Positions 20,216 through 30,300 of a stretch of DNA of 64,000 bases are shown here, piece by piece. The first letter of the stretch is position 1; every line of letters starts with the position of its first letter. The position numbers and the translations under genes are program-made. Origin of the DNA: Convolutriloba macropyga (taxonomy: Eukaryota); assembly GCF_964194025.1 (NCBI RefSeq), contig NC_134476.1, forward strand, positions 5,270,001 through 5,334,000, written 5' to 3'. The notes under the pieces are model-generated. The model had not been told where the DNA came from, searched no databases, and saw nothing but the letters and a program-made list of their open reading frames with translations.

Positions 20216-21457
20216 ATGATTCCAAATTCTGTACAACCAGACTGCTTAGATATCTTTGAGGAAATATCTATTCTGAACTCTATTACAAGATGTGACGAAC
20301 AAAAAATTTACCCAATAAATTCTCTCAATGAATCCAGTATTGACTTTTCATTTGTAACTGACAGAAATGTTTTCACCGACCTTCGAAAAGTTGACATGTA
20401 TCTGAAAGTTAAACTTGTCAAAGATGGGAGACCTGTCACCGCGGAGGATGATGTTTGCTTAGTTAACAACTCCATGCACTCTTTGTTCTCAAACTGTGAA
20501 GTAACATTTAACACAGATCAAGTTTACACCACAAACGGTCTCTACGCGCATAAAGCCTTCATGTCTAACGAATTCTCGGGTACACAGGGAACAAAAGAAT
20601 CTATCAGTTGTTGTCAGGGCTATAGCTACGAACAGTCACCCGGCGATTTTGAACACGAACCAGCAATCGTGAAAAGAAAGAAGGACAATCTAGAGGAAAT
20701 GGAGTTTTATGGTGAATTACCAATCGAAATTTTTAACTGTAAAGGGCTTCTTCTACCTAACGTTACAGTTCATATTAAATTAATCAGATCGCGACCCCAG
20801 TTCTATTTAATGTCATCAAAATCAGAAAATATTCATGCAGTTATAACGAATACCTATCTCAAAATAAGAACCTTGACAGTCGACGAAGGTAGTTTTCAAA
20901 TTATTCGTAAAAAACTTGTAGAAACTCCAGCCAGGTTTAATGCTTTGGAACTTAAACCCAGAACTTTTATCATTCCAGCGGGTCAAAACCAATTTATACA
21001 TGAAAACATTTTCAACAACGCTCCAATTCGAACACTCGCCATTGCGATGAACACAAATAGTGCTTTCACCGGTGATAAAAGTGGAAATCCTTTCCATTAT
21101 CAAAAATTTGGTTTACGAGAAATCAAAATATCGAGAGGGAATCAAGTTGTTGTGCACATGGATACTAGTAGAAATTGTGTTCCATACATTACAACAATGA
21201 GAGCTTTAAAATTCTACCAAGACGGTCCTAACATTAAAATTAATGACTACGAAAACCATTTTTGTTTGGTTTTTGATCTAACCTCTACACAACAATCAGA
21301 ACTGATGATTCACTATCCTGATGTCATTTCAGCAAGCTTGAGACTTGAGCTATACTTCAGAGAAAATTTAACGAACACTATCGAAGTAATAGTCGCTGGT
21401 GAACAGTTGTCATCTATTTTCATTGACAAAAACGGAAAAGTAACGAAAAATGGATAA
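20216..21457 (+). CDS. Major capsid protein (hexon, double jelly-roll), 413 aa
   Basis: VNNSMHSLFSN, LLLPNV...LIRS, AFTGDKSGNPFHYQKF, LVFDLT; lies between core and protease genes. Confidence 0.92.
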   Translation: MIPNSVQPDCLDIFEEISILNSITRCDEQKIYPINSLNESSIDFSFVTDRNVFTDLRKVDMYLKVKLVKDGRPVTAEDDVCLVNNSMHSLFSNCEVTFNTDQVYTTNGLYAHKAFMSNEFSGTQGTKESISCCQGYSYEQSPGDFEHEPAIVKRKKDNLEEMEFYGELPIEIFNCKGLLLPNVTVHIKLIRSRPQFYLMSSKSENIHAVITNTYLKIRTLTVDEGSFQIIRKKLVETPARFNALELKPRTFIIPAGQNQFIHENIFNNAPIRTLAIAMNTNSAFTGDKSGNPFHYQKFGLREIKISRGNQVVVHMDTSRNCVPYITTMRALKFYQDGPNIKINDYENHFCLVFDLTSTQQSELMIHYPDVISASLRLELYFRENLTNTIEVIVAGEQLSSIFIDKNGKVTKNG

Positions 21458-21848
21458 CACACAAATAGAAACAATAGTAGCACTTATTCCTGTTCTGAAA
21501 TATAAGTTTATGGGTTGCTACCCTTCGAACTTATTACCGAACGACATACCGGAAAACTCTTTCTACATTGTTAACACTGATGTGTCGAATGGTAGAGGGA
21601 TTCACTGGATTCTATTAGCCCGAAAAAACAGTTGCTATTACTATGGAGACTCTCTTGGAAGAGACATCAATCACTATGCAAACATTAAGTTCACCAGAAA
21701 AACTCGTAAACTGATCGCTTCCAAACTTCAAACTGATAGTATTTGTGCACTATATTCAATTTACTTTGCCTATGTACTGTTTAATAATTTGTCCTTGTTC
21801 AATGTTGACGATGCTTTTATAATGAGATTTTTTGCTGAATATTTATAA
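21450..21848 (+). CDS. Adenain-like cysteine maturation protease
   Basis: IVNTD...GIHW (His), GDSLG (Asp), LQTDSICALY (Gln/Cys). Confidence 0.92.
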   Translation: MDNTQIETIVALIPVLKYKFMGCYPSNLLPNDIPENSFYIVNTDVSNGRGIHWILLARKNSCYYYGDSLGRDINHYANIKFTRKTRKLIASKLQTDSICALYSIYFAYVLFNNLSLFNVDDAFIMRFFAEYL

Positions 21849-21914
21849 TTCATTTTTTTATAATCAACAACTTTTTCAATCTTGTACAAACATAACAGTT
21901 GTAGTTTCAATTAT

Positions 21915-22580
21915 TCAAAAGGTAGTTGCATGCTCATCATCCGAGTCATCAAAAAGTCTTCCTCTTCTAGCTTTTTTCACTATCGGTACCCAGTATTCAC
22001 ATTCATCATCTGTTTCCTGATCTTCGTCAACTCTCCAAAACCTTTTTGATGAAACGTCTTGGAAGCGAACCATCTTTTTGGGTGCTCGCGTTACAGACGA
22101 TGACGATGAAGTTTCATTCTCGTCCATTCTCGGTGTACTCACGTCTCCGTTATCATTTTCCGTTCGCGGTCCCAGACCCCATAACAACCTCACATCAACC
22201 TCATCACGAAGAGAACCTAACTGGTTCTCATACATTGGCATTTTGGAAAGTTGATATGCAGCAAACTCCTCTCTAACACCCTCACTCAACATATCTGAAC
22301 CAATGGGGAGATTTCCCAAAGATAAATTGATAACCGATCTCTCCGTTCGATAAAACCAGGGATCAACTTGTGTGTAGGGAAGCTCTATCATCGTCTCACT
22401 CCTACTACTGTTCACTTCAGTGAAGTTCTCCATTACAATACGAGGAATAACAACCTTTCCAATTATTACCCAAGTGTTGTCCACTAATTTTTCATGTACA
22501 ATAAACACATCATCAGGATTCTCGTTGATAAGATAAACGTATCGCTCAAACTCACCCTTTTTCACAATTTTTACTTCCAT
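21915..22580 (-). CDS. Polinton right-end protein, 221 aa, acidic disordered C-terminus with an RVxF-type motif; 5' end probably spliced
   Basis: Long ORF convergent with the protease; KKMVRF. Candidate GT-AG intron 22674-22583 ends 2 nt before the ATG. Confidence 0.75.
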   Translation of the reverse strand: MEVKIVKKGEFERYVYLINENPDDVFIVHEKLVDNTWVIIGKVVIPRIVMENFTEVNSSRSETMIELPYTQVDPWFYRTERSVINLSLGNLPIGSDMLSEGVREEFAAYQLSKMPMYENQLGSLRDEVDVRLLWGLGPRTENDNGDVSTPRMDENETSSSSSVTRAPKKMVRFQDVSSKRFWRVDEDQETDDECEYWVPIVKKARRGRLFDDSDDEHATTF

Positions 22581-23274
22581 TTCTAAAAAAAAAGAGATCA
22601 GTTTTTCTCCTATCGAAACAAGAGTTCATACACAAAAAAAAATCATCATCAAACGAAAACTTCATAACACTAACCTGATATCCTGCTGTTGTTTTTGCAC
22701 AATGTAGCTGATAAGAAGCCATAAAGAAATCCCTCAATAGAAGCTCTGAACACAGTTAAATGAAGGAGTAAAGTTGAAGTTGAGAAATGTAACTCCGAAA
22801 AAAACCTGAAATTTTCAAAGGTTATCAACTATTACACACAAAAAAAATTTTGTAATTGTAATAAGAATAAATTTACCAGGATGATCGAGTTTTGTTCCAA
22901 GTTCTTTACTTTAATCGCAGAAGAGATTCAATCAAACAATTATCTGAAAGAAAAATAGGACCATAATATATGGAGGAAAAAAATTATTTAATTATTCTCT
23001 TAGATAGTGGAACATATTCGACACAAACTTTTTCTGTAACAGGCAACAATTTAATTTGTTTTTAAATTGGAAATTGTCACCTATTTACAATTTGAGTTTG
23101 CATAAATTTTTATGACAAGTCAAGAATTAACAAAACAACAAAACTAGAATAATTTTAACTGAGCAGAATAAAATCGAAGGTGAAAAATATTTTTTGAGTA
23201 ACTCAATAAACATACAATCAGAAACAACAGATAATCAAACGCTTCCTCCAAACCCCCAATTTTTGAAAATGATT

Positions 23275-23758
23275 TAAATTTCAAAAACAAAAACTCAAGA
23301 TGTGACATAATTACTCCTGGAGATAATTAGAGTAATTAAAAACCCACGCCAATTAATTTCACATTTTAATATGACCTAAAATTTCAAAACCAAAATTCAA
23401 GATGTCACATAATTACTCCTCAGATAATTAGAGTAATTAAAAACCCACGCCAATTAATTTCACATTTTAATATGACCTAAAATTTCAAAACCAAAATTCA
23501 AGATGTCACATAATTACCCCTCAGATAATTAGGGTAATTAAAAACCCACGCCAATTAATTTCACATTTTAATATGACCTGAAATTTGTAAACCAAAATTC
23601 AAGATGTCACATAATTACCTCTCAGATAATTAGGGTAATTAAAAACCCACGCCAATTAATTTCACATTTTAATATGACCTGAAATTTGTAAACAAAAATT
23701 CAACCTGTCACATAATTACCCCTCACATAATTACAGCAATTAATTACCCACGCCAATT
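23275..23758. repeat. Right subterminal tandem array, 5 x 101 bp
   Basis: ACCCACGCC recurs at 23342, 23443, 23544, 23645 and 23746. Confidence 0.95.
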
Positions 23759-23815
23759 CTATTGTTCTCAAGTAAACACTTAATAACTACACAAAAATTG
23801 ATATTTTCCCCTCAA

Positions 23816-23877
23816 AATTTCAACCAATCAGGAGCGTCTCCGAACCTACCCCCCACATCTGCACCGACTATACTACT
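23816..23877 (-). repeat. Right terminal inverted repeat (62 bp)
   Basis: Reverse complement of 5153-5214 with one mismatch; followed by the TSD TCTATT. Confidence 0.97.
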
Positions 23878-24096
23878 TCTATTCGACGTAACAATTCATC
23901 AGTTATACCGATTTTCAATCATAAAGGAACAGAAAAGCAGAAATACATCAATTATTAAAAATCTGAACCGTTTGGGATAAATAGAAACTTAAATCAATGG
24001 TAATCTAAGTACTTAACAATTTTGCCGATTTGAAAAAAAAAAAGAGGATAAGCCTTGTCCACAAATAATCAATAATTAAAAAGAGAATATCGGCAA

Positions 24097-27000
24097 TCAA
24101 TATTGTTTTTCAAACATCTTTGCAACTCCTGGACTGTTCGCAGGAGGTACTTCGAGGCCTCCTTTTGATTCAAAGAATGTGTAGCCCAGCACTATCTCTT
24201 TCACGTTTTTACACCTGAAAATACAAAACAGAATAATTCATAGAAACAAACTGCTCGCTCCGCTTTAGATTGATAAAAGTAAACAAACATTTTTAAATCA
24301 TGCGTTCCTTTTATTAGGCAGAAAAATAGCCAAAAAATTAGAAGGAATTTGCCGAGATTAAAAACACACGAGTTAGAGTGACAGATATAAGTTATCATGC
24401 TTTGCCAAAGTCCAGGAGCAGCAGTGAATGTATAATGTTAATATAAGTTTTGAATTATTAAACTTATTAAATCGAATATTAATAATTTGAATTTTGGACA
24501 TTTATACGCTTATGACCGCCTCTCCGTTATAGGCTCTTCGTTATAAAGATATATCACTAGAAGTTTGAACAATTTTAGAAAAGCTATAAAATTTTTTGAC
24601 ACTTGTCCTAGTTAGTAAGAGATTTTGATTCCAAAAACTTACTCTGCCACTTTTCGAAAAAAAAAACAAAAAGTAAGTGGTTTAACATCGCTCAAGAGAA
24701 CAGCACCATAATGAAAACGACTCCTGCGATTAACGCTCTCAGCTTCATTGCAACTCGACCAAAGAAAAACAACATACGTACTAAAAGAAGACATTGCTCT
24801 CGAAAGACAGGCGGGGCAGTTTAAGTCAGAGGGGGTTGTAGCCTATACAAATGTTAATGGTTGCACAAAATTCCGACCAAGGAGGGGTTTCCACCAATAA
24901 TTTTGTGAGAAATAGTGCAAGTTGGGCAAAAAATGAAATACATTAATTATCTAAAAGGAAAGGCAAACATCCGTCCGTAGCCATCTGTGACTTATGGAGG
25001 AAAGTGTAAGCTCAATAGAGGGAAAGGGAGTAGAAACGGGGTGCATTAGGTTAAAAGGCGCCTCTTTTTGATTTTATGTCTGTCTTCTGAACACCTTCGG
25101 TTCTTTGCACAATTAAAGACTAGCAAAGCTCTAAAAGAACCGCAGAGCGCCATTTGGGCTGTACCTGTTTATGCCGAAACATCTAAGGCTCAGAAAAAAG
25201 TCGGCAGAACAAGAAAAATTGCACAAAAAACATCACCCGTAAAATACCGGAACCACTCGAAGAGTCGCGCAATATATACTTAAAACAAATCTTAACTCAA
25301 TCAGAATATAAAAGAAGAAATTTAAAACAACCAAAAAATAATTGCTAATAGATAACAATTAAACTTTTTAAAATGCGGTTCTTTCAAGCGCTGGTGATGA
25401 GCTACCCACCAATATAATCCAGATCAAATGCTTCACCATTATTTCCGATTAAAAACGGTATTTGAATAACCGTTCAAACTAACCTATAATCGGAAATAAT
25501 ATCCGGATCAATATAGAAAAACACTGGCATGTCCACAGATTCATTTGGTTCCAGTCGCTGGTCATCAAAACAGAAACACTGGATTTTATTGAAGTAGGGA
25601 GCAGCCTCGAATGGGATTATGTTGTAAGTTGAAACACCAACAATGGGTCTGTCTGTGGGGTTCGTTGCTGTGAAAAAAGCTAGCGCCGTCTCACCTGAAC
25701 AAACTCAATTTCCAGTTCTTGTTTCCGGATTACTTTAATTCGTCTATAAATCACATGAAATAAACAAATTTTTAATCGAAAATTACATTTCCATCTATAA
25801 CATCGAAATATAGCTTGCTATAATACTGATGATTAAAATACTGAAAATTGATTTACTATCAAACGACTAACGACGGGTTTAAAGGCTAAAGACTTTGGTA
25901 ATATAAGGCTTAAGTTGAGACCAGTAGAGCTATAAGAGAGATGCTCAGTGACTTAATTCCCTCAGGGAATAACCGTTTTATCCCATTTTCAGGACGCAAA
26001 GTTGAACCATAGCTGGCAAATTGCCAGAAAATAGCCGCAATAGATTCGTAGACCGGCAGTCTTAAAAAACAGTAAAAAAGACAGACCAAAAAAACTCGTC
26101 TTTTCATTGAAGGCTGATCTGTTAGATTTTGATTAAAAATCTGTATAAGTTATTGCTGCCTCTATTAGCTGATCTCAAATAACCTTCATTTAGAGTGACA
26201 CACACCCATTTGACCTTGTCTCTTTGAATTAAAGTAAATAAAAGTCAATTTCAAAGTGAGGAAGTCATTTTTGAGAGTGAGGTAAGTCAAGTGTGACCAA
26301 AAATTTAATCACGCGAATGAACAAAAAAACTCGCTCCACTAAGAGCGAAAAATGACGTCACGCATGCAATCCAGTTGAAATTGCATGAACGAATTAACAA
26401 AAAGTGGCTGTGACGTCATATGGTCGTAACAAAAATCATGACGACGAAATAAAAAAACATAGCAGGACAAGTCCTGACGTACAATTCAAAGAATTTTCAT
26501 TGACTAAACAGAAAACTAGACCTAGAAAGGACTATGAGCGAATTGAGAAAACCATTTTTAAAAAAAATTAGATAAAAAAAACAAAATCAATGTCAAAATG
26601 CCGCATGTGAACCAAAAAACCACTAGCGAAAAATGAAAATTTTATTCAAACAAAAAACTAGGTCTAGAATGAGCTGTGGATTGGGAAAACCATTTAGAAA
26701 AAATTGCGATTCAAAAAATCGAAAAAACAGTAAAAATCAGAGTGCAATTGCCGCATGTGAACAAAAAACCACTACCAAGAAACCGAATTTTTGTTAAAAC
26801 ACCGTTTTCTCACTCTACTTTAAAATTAGAGCGAAAAAAATTCACGCCGCAAAACCGCTCGCTTTTTCGCTCCATTTCCTGTTTCGGCGTGACCAAAATC
26901 ACTACTCCAATTTGACTTCAAAAATCATGAAAATGTGTGAATAGATCTTAAAAAAATATAGCCGGAAGAATTCCGGAAACGACTCGAAGGATCAAATTGT

Positions 27001-29718
27001 CCATACTTATGACTTAATAAATAGAACAACTATTGTGATCCCTGAATTTCCACAAATGCCATAAAAAATAAGGAAGAATAGAAACGGCATTCGAAAACAA
27101 ATTGAACAAAAAAACTAGAAAAACTAGCAATGAAAAGTTCGCAAAACAATGGGCAAGTCATAATAGGCTAGGAAACTTCTCAGATTTAAAAAAAGAGAAA
27201 AACTCCCAAAAATAAGAAAAATGGTTTAAAATTTCTCATTTTTTCTACCAAAATTCCCAAGAAAAAAATAATTGATACCAAGAGAACCTTAGTCAATTGG
27301 TAACCAAAACTATCTTAAGTAACAAGCTTCTATTCGATTCCCACTGAAAGCATTAAAACAAAAAAACAGGCAAAAAACCAATAAATTTTGTCTAAAAATC
27401 AGCAAAACTGATCAAACTCCTCCAAATTAGCAGTTAACTCAAATTAACTACTTGAACACTTCAATTCCTATCAAAACAAGCCTAAAACTAATACAATATC
27501 ATGATCAAACTTCATAACTATCAAAACTGCATTTGAAAGCCGCACGTGAAAAAAAATCGCTCGCTTGGAGAAAATTTTTCAGACATCAGTTTCTCGCTCT
27601 GTCAAAAAAGCGGAATGAACAAAAACCACTCCCTTTTCGCTCGACTCTTCAGATTTTTTCAGCGCCAAAATCACTCCAAATTTTTTCACGCGTTTCATTT
27701 CCTGCTTCAAAATTCACTTCAACTAAAGTGATTAAAAAAAGGACTTCTCCAATACTCCTCTTCGAGTCGTAAAAAAAGACAGCGCCCCAATACAATTCAA
27801 ATTCTTTGAATTGTAAAAAAAAAACAAGAGACGGCCAATAATAGCCCCAGCTATCGCTGTGCGGCTATTAAAGATCTTAGACGAAAAATCAATCATGCAA
27901 AACTTCTTTTTGAGAGTAAATGCTTAGTCGTTCGACCAAAGACAATAAAATTCACAAACAAAAGAAATTAGACTTCAATTCTTTTAGCAATTTTGCATGT
28001 GACAAGCTTGTCATATGCAAAATTGATAAAAAAGATTAGAAATCTAATTTCATTTAATTGTGAATTTTATTGTCATTTTGATCGAACCAACTGTAGAGTA
28101 TACTATGACTCAAAGAAAATGAGTTTTTGCTGAACAATTTGTTTAAGCTAGAGCATTTCTGATCTCATAAGCAGTTATCGTCGCCGATACGATATAGCAA
28201 CTGTTAAGTCATCTAGTATTCTTTTATAAAGTCTTTTTTTAGAAAAATGTCCGGGTCTTGGCTTAACTCGCTAAAAATAATACTAACAGGGTTTTGCAGA
28301 AGGGGAAGGCGAAGTCTGAAGATAGTATGAAAAGTAGTTAAACCTGGATACACTTTGACGGACTCCTGTTGTGGTCTGAAATCCCAATTTAGCCTCGAAT
28401 CCTTAGCCGAGTGGAACTTGACAGTGATCTCCCCATACTCTTTGACTGGGTCTATTGTAGCCAGCTTCTCTGCTTTTTCATCTCGCAAATGCACGCTTAG
28501 CTCTCCCCCGAGGTTGGTCGCTTGACAGAACGCCTGTCAACGAGTAACAACATCCTAACCAAGCAGCTCTCAAATGATTACAAAGGCTTGTTTAAAATAA
28601 GAAACGGTTTGGTAACTTGAATTCAGAAACGAGGCGATAAAGTTGGAGCAAACCCAAAATATGATTTGCCACATAAGAAGCTTAAAGGTATTGTCATCAT
28701 TTTTTTTTTGCATAAATAGGCCAACTCGGATTCCAAATTTGTAACCCCCCCCCCCCCAAAAAAAAACCAAAAAAAACTTAAATGACTGGAAGTTGACTGG
28801 CAACATTGCAGTGTTTCGTTGAAAACTCTAGCAAGCAACACTCGTGCAAGTTTTCAAATGCTAAAATTCAGCATTGTCAGATAATAGTGTGCCATAACTT
28901 TATCATATAATGTGACAATTTTTAAAAAATTGCAGGTTTTGTGTTTCGAGTATAGGTTACGTAACTTGTCAGTCATTCACAAAATCTGGCATTCGTAGAA
29001 AACCACGTAGCCGTTCGAGATGAGTTAGAAATTCGGAATAACTAACAAAGTTTGTGTTTGAAGACAGATCACGTGGCTCAAGTTTTACACCTCAAAATTC
29101 AGACTTCGATCTCGAATTCGAATGGCTAGCCTACTTTCGCTAAATGCCAGATTTTCTCAAAGCCCTCATCAGAGTTACGCAACCTATATAAGACAATGAA
29201 TTATCTTGAAACATTCTACACTAAAGCACGATTATGTGATAACCTATTTGATTTAGACTAAGAGAAAACCAAAGTTGAGATCTAAATAAACTCTTAAAGC
29301 GTACCTTGTAAAGCGGCGCTGATGCATACGCCACTCCGATAAACAGGAAAAATCCGGCTGTAAAATAGAGCGCGTAATTTCTATTGGCCCTCTTCACCTT
29401 CTCGTTATCTGTCGTTATGCCTCGCAAGTCCGAATGCTTGTCAACTTTTGTCGCCAGGAACCTCGTCGCATTTGGAAAAAAATGATGTCCGATTAAATCA
29501 AGTTTTGCTCCAGATAAAAGTTTTGGTTTTCTGCTGAGCAACGACTCTTGAAAATATTTAACACTCGAAAATTGACGACATTGAATATAGCTTCTAGGAA
29601 GAAACGTTTCTATGGAATTTAAAGCAATGCCAAAATGGAAAGAAAGTCTTGATTTTCGGAGAAGAAATTTCGAAGTTTTAGGTGCCAAATAATTGCAGAG
29701 GTTTGTTAAGTAAAGCAT
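24097..29718 (-). CDS. COX11: Cytochrome c oxidase copper chaperone COX11; exons 29718-29305, 28533-28344, 25694-25484, 24214-24097
   Basis: Mitochondrial-presequence-like N-terminus, TM then YASAPLYK|AFCQ, WDFRPQQ, GETALAFF, YFNKIQCFCF (Cu-binding CFC), VDMPVFFYIDP, LGYTFF. All introns are GT-AG and phase-consistent. Confidence 0.95.
27895..28130. repeat. Fold-back palindrome (MITE-like) in COX11 intron 2
   Basis: Centred on GACAAGCTTGTC (~28005); arms include GACAATAAAATTCACAA / TTGTGAATTTTATTGTC. Outer limits approximate. Confidence 0.75.
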
Positions 29719-30300
29719 CGCATTACCAAACAGAAGCTTTACATGTAATTTCTGAAACCAGGAAAGTTAGAATGAAAGAGCAGCATTAGAAGTAGATAAA
29801 TTAGGAAAAATTATGCTACGAAAAATTAAGATAATAAAATTGAAAAATCTTGACAATCTTAAGAGAAAATCTTCACAATCTACACCAGTAAAAACGAAAT
29901 TAAGTCAACTCTCAATACAAGTGAAATAAAACCATCATAGAAATAAAACCAATTAAATTTTATATACATGCGAATTGAAGCTAAAGCATCAAAATGAGAT
30001 TCAACAATTCCACACACACTAAGATAAACAGTTTCGGTTAATCCCATATATAGAGACTAGTAAGGCTCTAAGATAGCTGCTCAGCCACTTAATGCCCTCC
30101 GTCGCATTAAAAAAGACCAAAGGATTAATATAATTGTTACAAACTTGTTTTGAGAGCAATAAAATATAGCGAAGATCAAGAGGGGGGACGGGGGGTCAAG
30201 AAAGCCATCAAACGATACGCTTTACCATATTGAACTCTTTTGTTTTTTCGTACTAACTTTTCGTTTTTTCAAGTCAGATGGCATTTGAAATTAAATCATT

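Larger units (their letters stand above)
5153..23877. mobile_element. Full-length Polinton/Maverick (adintovirus-type endogenous DNA virus), 18,725 bp
   Basis: AGTAGT...ACTACT termini, 62-bp TIRs, TCTATT duplicated at 5147-5152 and 23878-23883. Carries pPolB, integrase, ATPase, penton, hexon and protease genes. Confidence 0.98.

Noticed and set aside
8224-22276. Short ORFs antisense to or nested in Polinton genes (e.g. 8224, 8479, 10727, 16880, 18176, 20822, 22046)
   Set aside because: Shadow ORFs of well-supported genes, with no motifs and often non-ATG starts.
5055-24061. 11-bp inverted match TGGACAAGGCT flanking the Polinton insertion site
   Set aside because: Too short and asymmetric to support a pre-existing target element or insertion specificity.
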